A DNA stretch of 64,000 nt from Ophelia neglecta. Its lineage: Eukaryota. The stretch spans positions 6,076,001-6,140,000 of the forward strand of contig OZ260662.1 in NCBI GenBank assembly GCA_965285935.1, written 5' to 3'. The position numbers and the translations under genes were made by a program. The number at the start of each line of letters is the position of its first letter. Within the stretch, counting starts at the first letter, position 1. Under the pieces are notes generated by a model that saw nothing but the letters and a program-made list of their open reading frames with translations, ran no database searches and was not told the origin of the DNA. Of this stretch, positions 22,701 to 32,977 are shown in pieces.

Positions 22701-25700
22701 TTCAATCGAAGTGTGGAAGAACTCCCAACAAGTGTGGACAACACAGAGACTGTACTGTGGAAATCTGAGAAAATCCAGATGACTCAATTACTACAATTAC
22801 CAAGAGAACCTACACCACTGGTGGGAACAGTCATCTCAGTTTCCTCTCATACATACTTGATACCACAGATAACTAAAGACACCAGGCAAACTTTACCAAT
22901 TTGTAGAATAACTGTCACAGCTGGTCAGTGGTTATATGTCAGGAATAAATTAAGTCCAGAGACTGGTCAGAACCATTCCTTGAAATCCAAATCTCTTAAT
23001 AAGACAACTAAACGAGATTTCAGGAATGCCCCCATAGGGCTCCGGAGTTTGTGGGTTGTGATTCTTTCTCCTTAACAGAGAGTCCTGTTATTTACTCTGT
23101 CATTGTTAACTTAAGCTGTCCCTTCGGTATGATGTCATTTTGTGTTATGTTTGTTATTGTTGACCGGCTGTATGCTGTCTGTTATAACAATATACACCGC
23201 CATACCACACAAGGCAGGATTTCATCTCAAACAAACTGTCTGAGGGTGGTGATTGGTGAGAGCTAATGAGGGCTAATGATGGGAATGTGGTTGTCAGGGT
23301 GAGGGGGACTGGTGGGGGCAAGGAGTAGGAATAGGGACTGGTGAAAAGCATACAGAGTAATCGAGTTTGCGAGGGGGTGGAAAGGAGAAATTAGGCCGTA
23401 GTGGAGAGGTGAAACATACAGGGGTAGCCAGAGGGGAGGGGAGCAGATTTGGCGGTGAAGGGAGATTGAGCACCCCAATACTTCACATCCCTCCCCCATC
23501 CCACCCAGACCACCGGAGTTTGACTGAGGGCAGTCAGTTATTGTAATTAGGTAATTACCAGATGACAGTTATCCGGCTGTTTGTTTTACTTAAAGGTCTG
23601 GAGTCGGGAAGGTGGCAGATTCATACGAAATCAGACACCTCAGACCACAAAGTGGCTCCTACAGAGCCTATAAACCTAATCAAATAGTCCCTCGACAAAT
23701 ATACTGGAGTTGTCTAGTAATAATATACATATTCACCAGTCAGAGAATTGAATCTGAGATTAACCAATAAACCTCCCTAGAGGGCATAAAGCCGGTTTAC
23801 TGCCTCTCCCAGCTGTGCCTGGATCTCACCCCAGATTACCTTTACGCCACACATCTGTGTTTTAATTTACCTAGCACGTATACCTGAGGTGTTATCTTGA
23901 TGATAAATATTGTATATCGTTTCCTGGCATTCTACAAGCGGTGTTCTTCTTATTAGTGGGAAGATGGCAGGGGGCAGCACCGGACGAAGGAAGGGTGGGT
24001 TGTTATTGGGGGTGAACGAGGAGGGACGGGACTGTGGAGCCTATACGCATATTGAAGTCTTCAAGACCGATGAGAGATTTTACCACTGAACCATGACATG
24101 ACCTGGTAATACCTTACTGTTACTGTCCTGTCATGGTAAGTTGTTACAGGATGATCACCACATTGGTAGTTATGGTAACCAGAAGGAAAGTAAATATTCA
24201 CAGATCCAAATCTGTAGAAAGAAGTTGCTTTGATATGTGATGGAGTGAGGGATATCACGTGATCACAGCCAGGTAACATGAGGACTGGAGGTTTCAGGTG
24301 TATTGGTTATACCTGGTCTGGTTTAATGAGTGAATTAAGTAAAATTCTACTTAGATCTATTGGTAGGGTGTGTGGTTTGGGGAACTGTGGATGGGTAGCT
24401 AGGGTGGTGGGAAGGGGGGTACAGAGAGGTCGTGGCGAGCCCTTTCCCATCTCCCTCTCTCCAGGTATTTTAGCCATCATCACATATACATGCAGTATGA
24501 ACCGTAAATGACCACTAATAGCATACTGTAACCCTGAGATATGCTATTTATATGTAAATGTTCCAGGCGGGATTTCCTGGACTGTACCTTGATGTGCCTT
24601 CTAGTGATGTAAACACTCCTATTAAAGTCGTGGGACTAAGCTCATCCCCAAGGAACTCTCACCAGAACTAAATTAATCTCTCTACTGGCATCTCAGAAAC
24701 TGTTTGTTCTCATTTAATCTACATGAAATTACTTGCAAAAATATTGAGACATGAAAGACGATGCCAGAGTATAATCTGTCTGGAAATCACTGAATTGAAA
24801 AACTAGAATTAATAACAGTGTTTTATCATACGCCATTATTCTCTCTCAAGGTAGACATGGCATGATAGGGCCACATACTTGGTCTTTTGGCGAGGGGTAG
24901 GGTGGGGTAATATCAGGTAATTACCTATTGATACTGCAGCATCAACATATAAATACAGGTAACAGACCGGTAAGTTCTAGGTGGTCAATGCTAAGATGAG
25001 AACGACACGACAATAACAGATCTATCACCTGCAATATCCAGATTATAGTTCAAAGAAATTACAGGTAACCACCATTCACCCAGGTAAGTGACCGCCAATC
25101 GTCCAGGTAAATGGCTGGCACCCACTCAGGAAATCGCCCTTAGTCACGACCTAACTTAATCTTAAATCGATTATAACCTTTGAACAATATTTGAATAACA
25201 AGCCGCAAAGCTGTCTGAGGAGCCTTGGCCTGTAGGTTAATACAGACTTGCATGTTACATGTTACAGAAGTGCTATGGCCGAGTGATCAGCAGATACCTA
25301 TACAGTGAAACCTGTGAATTGAGACCACCCAAGGGACTGTAAAATAATGGTCTTATTATTGAGGTGGTCTGTTTAGACAGGTTATTTTACATTGAAAATG
25401 CAAAGTATGGTCTTCATATTAGTTGTCTGAATTGACAGGTGGTCTGATTATAGAGGTGGTCTTTAAGGCGGGTTTCACTGTATTTTTAACTGGTAGGAGA
25501 ACATAGTTGACGGATGTCATATGGACAGTAGAGAACAATTGACAACCAAACTTGAATTCAAACTCATTAGAAGTAGGACATCATATTGGTCTTTGATATA
25601 TTAACCATTCGGCCCTAGATGCTGGGGGATGCCAGTGGCTCAGATAAGGGTGTTGTTATCGTCAGAACTCATGATTTAGTTATTATAGACACCTTATATG

Positions 25701-26191
25701 ACCACCATCTCACAATAGATCTAACTGCATGCTCACATCACAGACCACATCAGTGACCAGGCAGATGGTATCTAGATCATTAAGGCTCATCAGAGGTAGT
25801 GGCTAGCTATATTGGGAGGGAGGGCAGGGAGAGGAGGGGTATCATAACATAATTATCTTCTCTAACTATCTATCTGAGATAACTGCATCATCATCAAAAT
25901 ATAAATTCTCCCAAAAAATCAGATAAAACGATGTATGTGACTTGGCCACCATACATGCTAGAGAAATTTGAATTCAAAGCATTAACTGATATTTTGTATG
26001 GAGCAAATACAGTCATTTTAACACCTGTACTACATGTATTCTAGCCACAGGAATGTCATGACTAAGGTGTGAAGTCGTGATGTATATAAATCTATGATAT
26101 TCTTACCCATGTATTGACGGCGAGCCTCGGCGTCCACGCTGTTCGATTCCAGGTCCGAGTCATAGCCGCTTGTACAGGACAGGAGGGGCAT
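16588..26191 (-). CDS. Multi-exon gene for a PDZ + DH (RhoGEF) + PH domain protein (architecture reminiscent of protostome PsGEF-like GEFs)
   Basis: Nine exons (20030-20217, 19528-19837, 19073-19243, 18805-18924, 18411-18578, 18059-18152, 17273-17727, 16930-17056, 16588-16784) have GT/AG boundaries and matching phases. They splice into one 1830-nt ORF ending in TGA, with recognisable PDZ, DH and PH motifs. The 5' exon at 26107-26191 is less certain. Confidence 0.9.
16930..17056 (-). CDS. Exon: PH domain (LWVVMMSDLLLLTK...EDPILL)
   Basis: Resembles the LFxDxLLLTK motif of DH-associated PH domains. Acceptor TTTTTCCAG|, donor G|GTACGT. Confidence 0.9.
17273..17727 (-). CDS. Exon: DH C-terminus (RINE), Ser-rich insert, start of PH (PSRHMIYSGAL)
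   Basis: Acceptor CATTTCAG|CA (phase 1), donor AAT|GTAAGT. Matches ORF 17210-17773. Confidence 0.9.
18059..18152 (-). CDS. Exon: DH CR3 region (LLVVLQQILATTPLQHHDYQDL)
   Basis: TPxxHxDYxxL motif. Acceptor TTTTTCTCCCTCAG|, donor A|GTAAGT (phase 1). Confidence 0.92.
18411..18578 (-). CDS. Exon: DH domain (SYESYCNG...FDQF...GFIQKPLE)
   Basis: YxxYC and F(I/L)xKP motifs. Acceptor CCTCCCCAG|, donor GAG|GTATG, 56 codons. Confidence 0.92.
18805..18924 (-). CDS. Exon: DH domain (LVTLSDNLVHQL...VGGVCQPN)
   Basis: Acceptor TTACAG|, donor AAC|GTAAGG, 40 codons in frame. Confidence 0.88.
19073..19243 (-). CDS. Exon: DH domain N-terminus (ERQDSVQKLLRLTEDYVKQM...HKTLFQNMEQ)
   Basis: DH CR1-like helix and LFxNxE motif. 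Acceptor TCTCTAG|, donor CAG|GTAGG, 57 codons. Confidence 0.92.
19528..19837 (-). CDS. Exon: end of PDZ plus linker
   Basis: Acceptor CTTTTCCAG|A completes the phase-2 codon. Open frame QSEKQIILDIYRP... to donor CAG|GTAAC. Confidence 0.88.
20030..20217 (-). CDS. Exon encoding the PDZ domain (VVVKRGRHGYGFTVLGSSPVKVGHVKDGSPGAVAGLQRNDCIIRINGQNV...)
   Basis: GYGF carboxylate-binding loop and GSPG..AGL..D.I..ING motif. Acceptor TTTTCCAG|, donor AA|GTGAG (phase 2). Confidence 0.95.
20700..20900. repeat. 18-bp minisatellite TCTGATTACAAAACATCA (homologue at 49139-49285)
   Basis: Direct tandem copies. Confidence 0.9.
25303..25480. mobile_element. CAGTGAAACC-family MITE (intron 1)
   Basis: TIRs and TA TSD. 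Confidence 0.9.
26107..26191 (-). CDS. Probable first coding exon (MPLLSCTSGYDSDLESNSVDAEARRQYM-G, phase 1)
   Basis: Kozak-like GTCACCATGC and donor G|GTAAGA. A homologous relic exists in the duplicate copy (58326-58684). A phase-bridging exon is needed to join it to the phase-0 PDZ exon. Confidence 0.6.
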
Positions 26192-26716
26192 GGTGACGGA
26201 CGGACGGACGGACGGACGTACAATGTCACTGAGAGGAATACTGGTACTGGTACTTGTAAGTCTAATAGCCAATTGTCAACACACACACTCCATAAATTTA
26301 CATAGAAATTCTTGTTTCCTGCTTTTCACCGAGTGTGAAACCATTCAAAGACCCACAAGCGTGGACAGTCAATAACAAAATATTTTCCTCAAGTCCTAAA
26401 AGTTGTACATCTAACTTACATCCAATCTTAGAAGATCGAGCAAGTAAATCCTAATTGAGGGTATTCCAATGGATTGCATTCAAACAGGTAAATATCCTCA
26501 GAGTCCGTTCCCTTGCACAATTCACGGTGTGTAGGAATACAACACAGCGGGCGGACGAACACACAATACAGACGATACAGTGGTATTCAGAGTGAGAGCG
26601 AGACCTGTAGAGAAGACGTGTCTACAGCAACGCGTCCACAGTGAGAATGAGGCCTGTGGAGGAGACCAGCCAGGCACACAGCTACCACCGCGTCTGGCCC
26701 ACAGGGCGTGTCTGAG

Positions 26717-26730
26717 AGCTGATTGGCTGG
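26717..26730 (-). promoter_or_regulatory. CCAAT (NF-Y-type) box in the putative promoter
   Basis: CCAGCCAATCAGCT on the minus strand ~530 bp upstream of the ATG. An identical 14-mer is retained in the duplicate at 59543-59556. Confidence 0.5.
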
Positions 26731-28577
26731 CTGTGGAGCGCGAGTGGGAGGTGCTTACACCACTTCATTCCTTAGGGCAGTCGCTATGGAGGAATGTTAA
26801 GAATTAAAGACGCTGTACGTAAATCGAGAAACAGTTTAATTATCCCAGAGCCTTCTCATGTAAAAGGACAATTCGTTCAGATGGTATTGATTATCAGCAA
26901 ATTTCTGGGCAGTAATTAATTTCATTGGAGATCTTTTCCGGAGGTGTGTGGTGCAGTGTGGTTGTGTGGGGGTGGGGTGGGGGTAGAGGGGAGTTTGATC
27001 ATGGGGATGGGAGATGGTGAAGCCAGGGGATTGAGGTGTTAGCAGGGAACTGCTAATAGCGCCGGGCGGGGTGTAAAGCAGGTTGGAACAAATGGTTCAT
27101 TACCTATGTCCGAATATTTGCAACATATTCTAAACGGACATGTTTTCTTTCAGATATCAGCTTTATAAACAGTGGACTGTTTGTCCGTGAATACTTAACT
27201 AACACTAACCCTGACCTAATGGCTATTAAACGCCAAGTTCCTAAGCAATATTGGGTTAGGACAAGTCCGCAAACTGATGAAAAGGCATTTTTCACATGTA
27301 TTTGATAATAAATACGTTAAACCCTCGACAATGTGTCTTGTTATTAACTTGTTCACGCACTTTATTACAGGAATTTGCCATCTCATAAGATTTTTACCAA
27401 AATTACCTTGTTACGGATGGGAATTTACACTAGCCCGACCCCCAGTAATAAGATATCTACTTCAGAGAAACCGACAGTAATGTTATGTAAACTTAATAAT
27501 AACAAACTCTCTTCATCACAGGAGCCGACACATTTCTTAGGTAAACTTAATTTCATTATACAAACCGCCTGGTTTACCCCACAGACTCGCCCTATGAGTG
27601 GCCCCCAGCCTGGTCAAACGGTCGTCCAGGCTAGAGCCCCATGAAAGGGGCCTTTATAAGGGAGAGCCCCCAGGACCAAGCAACCAGAATATATATAGGC
27701 ATATAAATATAATTCTGGGTCCTCTGTAAGCGGCCTCTGTCATATCTCAAGTGACAAACTTCGGTATATTCAAACAGGTTGGGTTACCAACTTTGCCATC
27801 TACACATCATGTTGTGTATTGTTACCACACACGGCTTTCACTCACAACAAAAGACGAGAAACCTCAAGTACACAGATCATGTATGGTAAGAACGGAGTCC
27901 AATTCAACGGACACTGAGGTTACATAAAGGAACCTCGGCTATAACAGCCATTGGAATTTTACAGAGTTTTAAATATCAAAATATTTTAAAATCACTTTAA
28001 TATTTTTGATATTTTGTCTCTGTTTACCTCTCTGTAGCTATCACCATGACAACATCAAATTTTTATTTTTCAGTCGGAAGGTATTTGACATTTCATTGAC
28101 CAAGCTTGTGTCAAATAAGTTTGAAAATACTTATTAATCGTTGCGTCAAATGAAATCAGTAGCCCTTCAATGGAATTTCCTGCACATATCAATAATGTTT
28201 ATGACATACATATATAACGATCAGAGGCTGCTACTCAGTGTATAGCTACCGAGTGAGAGGGGGTCAGATAAGCGGTGATAGGCCGTCCTACTCGCAGTCA
28301 GGGAGACAGATAACATAGACAGATAACGTTAGGGTCTCTGATCATGAAGACACACTATTGTGACTATCGCGCCGTATCAGCCTGGTGTCCCATGGGAACT
28401 TGGGATTACTGGTAGCGATAATCAGTACACTAATTAATTAGGAACAGTTGGCTTTTGGTCGCTGGGAATTTACACTAGCCCGACCCTGAGCCCAGCAGGA
28501 GCAAAACAGTGTAGACCTCCTAAACATATAACAGATTAGCACCTTGTTCGTTTCTAGATTTTTAGTCTATATAACTA

Positions 28578-29210
28578 CAGTGAAACCTGTAAATTGAGAC
28601 CACCCAAGGGACTGGAAAGTGGTGGTCTGATTTTGGGGGTGGTCTGTTTCGACAGGTTATCTCACACTGAAAGTGTAGAGTATGGTCTAAATATCAACGG
28701 TCCGAATGGACAGGTGGTCTGAATATAGAGGTGGTCTTTAAAGCAGGTTTCACTGTACTGTGAAACCTCTAAATTGAGACCACCCAAGGGACTGGAAAGT
28801 GGTGGTCGGTTTTTGGAGGTGGTCTGTTTAGACAGGTTATCTCACACTGAAAGTGTAGAGTATGGTTTAAATATTAACGGTCTGGATTGGCAGGTGGTCT
28901 GAATAAAGAGGTGGCCTTAAAAGCAGGTTTCAATGTACAGTGAAACCTGTAAATTGAGACCAGCCTAGGGACTGGAAAATGGTGGTCTGATTTTGGAGGC
29001 GGTCTGTTTAGACAGGTTATCTCACACACTGTATAGTGAAACCTGTAAATTGAGACCACTCAAGGGATTGGAAAGTTGTGGTCTGATTTTGGAGGTGGTC
29101 TGCTTAGACAGGTTATCTCACACTGAAAGTGTAGAGTATGGTCTAAATATAAACGGTCTGAATTGGCAGGTGGTCTGAATATAGAGGTGGTCATTAAGCG
29201 GGTTTCACTG
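28578..29210. mobile_element. Head-to-tail array of four CAGTGAAACC-family MITEs (three full, one half)
   Basis: Units 28578-28755, 28758-28935, 28938-29031 and 29034-29210, each separated by a single TA. Confidence 0.9.
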
Positions 29211-30259
29211 TACATGTATTTTCTCTGTGGATTAGCGAGGATGAGAAATCTTAAACAATATATACCTCTCCTGGCACAAGGATTCTTTTGCTATAGAATC
29301 CCCCTACCCTACCCGGCTGAATGGCTTTCCTTTGGCCAGGGGGTCAGAGGGTCAGGGGTATGGACGGGGGCGGGTTCTGAGCTTCTATGGCCAGTATGGG
29401 TCAACACAAGCACATGGCTCAATGCAACACAGGTAGTCACTTCCAGATAACCACCCAAATAGCTTATGTAATGTGTTATGCTCATGTTAGATATACAATT
29501 CCTACACACAGGACCATCGCTGCCCTTCGGGTCATCACTTCCGCCGGCTCCCTCGCTACCCTCGGGGCCGTCACTGTCTCCGCAGGCTATGACAGTGACT
29601 GACAGGTACAGGCTGGAGCGAACCGTTGGAAATTAGAAGTGAACTGGTGAGAAAATAAATAAGAAGACAAATATTCACTTGGACGGCAAGATTATTTGTA
29701 GAAGAGGATTTTTAAAATGGTTTTTCACACCGGCCATCAACTGATAATTTACACACAAACATATATGTCCTAATAGAGGCTATGTATATATTAAATTAGA
29801 GAGATGAGATTCCAGCGTTGTTTGAATGTACATGGCACCCACAGAAGATGTCAGAAGGAGGTAAAATATGTCCGTATACAGTAAGGACAGCGGCACGATT
29901 ACCAAAATAAAACTATTAAATTTGACAAGATAGTTCTTCCAAACCATGGGAGGTGACATGTTGACTAGGACAGATAGGCCCAAGCGTCGCCTTGTATGAC
30001 GTACGAAAATGTCCGCTCCTGGGGGAATTTAAATATAGAGGACACGTCCAGGGGATATCAGATTGTTAAATATGTCTGACTCCAGGATATCAGGTAGACC
30101 AGTAGAACGGTCATGGTATATAAAGGTAATATTATCATGATTAATACTGACAAGATACTTACTACAATCCACGGGAGGTAACAAGTTGAGATACATTATC
30201 TCAAAGTACTTCATCGTATTACCTGGGTGTGCTGCGAGTTGAAGCATATATAGAATTTG

Positions 30260-30485
30260 GGCTATTGATTAAACGTGGAGGTGCGGAGGCTATGCGGAGG
30301 CGGAGGTCATGAGTATTTCTGAGTGGCATGAAGCAAATAATCGTCAGCAAGGAAAGGGTTAGGACGGAGGGTTAATTTTAGGGTTAGGGGAAGGGTTAGG
30401 GACAGGTTTGATAGGTCTAGTGCTCTGTTCTAATTTCGGGATTTACCTCCGCAAGGCTCCGCGCCTCCGCTTTTAATCAAAAGCC
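30260..30485. mobile_element. 226-bp MITE, same family as 3654-3879
   Basis: Perfect 8-bp TSD AGAATTTG. Confidence 0.9.
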
Positions 30486-32046
30486 AGAATTTGTGAGGTT
30501 CAAATACAACAGATTATTACCATTCGGGCACATTTCTCTAAACAATAAGACCAAAGACTACATTTTCCTATTGATGTTTTGCCCTAAGAACCATACAAGA
30601 CTGCTTGACTGATAGATCCAGATGTCGGGTGAATTGGCTGCATGTATAGTGTGTAATGCTATGGTGGTTATTTCGAGATAAAAAAGGTTTTGTTGATACG
30701 CCACCTATCTCTGAACCCAAATCCATGCATAACTTACAAACTCTTCATTTCCAAACGTTCAAGTCATTTAGATTTTTATTATTGTTCACATTATTTCAAA
30801 ATAATAAAGGCACTGAGGCCTAGCTTTGTCAAATACATTTGAAATTTAAATTATTGGACATAAAACCAATATCACCTGGCACTGTATTGTGCGTGTACAA
30901 TTTCTCAGGGTCTCCGCGTGCTGCAATTTCCTGTTACAAATTACTGTTCACTGGTCTGACACTAAATTCAATTAAATCAAACAGTTCCATTACTTACAAA
31001 GCATCTATAACCCTCTCGCAGCTAACTCTAACCACATTGAGAAGACAAACCCAAACAGGCCCGTAGCCGGGGTGGTGGTGTTGTGGTAGAGAAGTTGATG
31101 AGGATGAGAAGGGGGAGGGGAGGAAGGAGGTGAGGTCGGGAAGCGTGGTTCCCTGGACCCCCCCCCCCTCTGGAGAACCTTATTTTTAGAGAACGGATTG
31201 ACTGCTGCTATAATTCACTTGTCTAAGTTTAGATGTGGGAAACGGTCTAAGATCAGTGTAAAATAGACTGGCGATATTACCCCCGACAGGGCGTACATTT
31301 CCTTCCTAGGGTAAGACAGGGAGGAAATCGAAGTATCCAGAGGTCAAGGTACAGCCCAAGGAGAGGACAATGTCCATATTAATATATCCTGATGTGTTCA
31401 GCCCTGTAGAGTGACATTGAGTTTGACCTTGTGGTCTGTGATCAGTGAAGGGTGGAGGGCGTGACCGCGCCGCTTGACCTTACATGACCTCACATGGCTC
31501 TGACAGAGTGCTGGTGTCATTAGCCTTGCTCACCCAGATCAACTTGCACCCGATTTCGAATAAAACGGAAAGGAAATCAGCTCGTTTTTCAAAATCTTAA
31601 GGCATTATTGTTCCTACTGTCTCTGAAGGCCTCAAGGGGATCAAACAGAATTCTACAATCCTTGCCTTACAATATGGACATGTCTGTTTTTAGGTCATTG
31701 CTATTGGTTAAAATCAGTTTATTAGATAAACTTGTCTTCTAGCTGACGCATAATCAATTTTTACAGAGAACTATACTTGAAAATGTCTACCAACAATGAC
31801 ATAGTCAGTCCACATAACATCGTCCTTTCAATTAGTTGACTACATAGACTTAAAGACAATGGAATACCACATGTCAAGTGGTACTAGTAACGGTCAAAAC
31901 AAAAGTCTATCCACAAACCTGCAAATAGAGTATTTAGCCACTTTGCTTTCCCTTCACCCCTGCTCTCCCTCTCTAGGTTTTCCCACTCAACCCTCTCTGC
32001 CTCCCGGCTCTAGGGTTCCCCACCTATTTCTCTCGCCCTAGGCCCT

Positions 32047-32192
32047 NNNNNNNNNNNNNNNNNNNNNNNNNNNNNNNNNNNNNNNNNNNNNNNNNNNNNN
32101 NNNNNNNNNNNNNNNNNNNNNNNNNNNNNNNNNNNNNNNNNNNNNNNNNNNNNNNNNNNNNNNNNNNNNNNNNNNNNNNNNNNNNNNNNNNN
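32047..32192. other. Assembly gap (146 N)
   Basis: Run of N. Confidence 1.
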
Positions 32193-32332
32193 ATCTGTAT
32201 CTGTCTCTGTATCTGTCGCTGTATCTGTCTCTGTAACTGTCTCTGTAACTGTCTCTGTAACTGTCTCTGTATCTGTCTCTGTCTCTGTATCTGTCTCTGT
32301 ATCTGTCTCTGTATCTGTATCTGTCTCTGTCT
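32193..32332. repeat. (ATCTGTCTCTGT)n microsatellite abutting the gap
   Basis: Direct tandem copies. Confidence 0.95.
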
Positions 32333-32799
32333 CAAAGTACCTATTTAGCTAAGCCGCTTATGCATGCTTACCCGTGGCACATGAGAGATAAAAATGCATT
32401 TATACCGATAATACCTTGTAATTTTGTAGATATTGTTACATCATATTTGGCGACTATCTGCTGTGTCTGCTATTAAAGGAGAGTTTATAAAGAGGATCTA
32501 TGCTTGTCAGGTAATCTTGTCCAATCACCTGTGTAATCTCCCGTTGTCATGCGATCACCTGTCAAGGTGAGAACGATCACCTGGACAGGTGAGAAACGAT
32601 TAACGTGCTGCCTCTTTGAACTCCTCGTTGTTACGGCATAAGATTACCATCCAGACACTTGTAAACCCTCCCTGTACACGGAGGCATCTGTATTTACTTC
32701 TTACCCACCACTACCCTCAGCTCTAACATCCAGTAAAACCACCGCGGGAAGTCAGCTCGCAATTTACACCTTCCCCGTCTGAAAACGAGTTGTTTAATA

Positions 32800-32977
32800 C
32801 AGTGAAACCTGCCATAAAGACCACCTCTATATTCAGACCACCTGTCAATACAGACTAACAATATAAAGACCATACTATTCACTTTTAATGTAAAAATAAC
32901 CGGTGTAAATAGACCACCTCCATAACCAGACCAGTATTTTCGGTCCCTTGGGTTGTCTTAATTCCTAGGTTTTACTG
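32800..32977. mobile_element. CAGTGAAACC-family MITE
   Basis: TIRs and TA TSD. Confidence 0.85.

Noticed and set aside
16588-26191. Assigning a gene symbol (PsGEF, RGS3, RGS12 or an ARHGEF)
   Set aside because: The architecture is suggestive, but no C2 or RGS domain is visible, and orthology needs a phylogenetic search.
29575-29602. SAGYDSD on the + strand resembling TSGYDSD in exon 1
   Set aside because: Opposite strand, only ~10 matching nucleotides, no flanking similarity; treated as chance.
32024-32335. Gln/Arg-rich ORF
   Set aside because: A microsatellite translation spanning the N gap.
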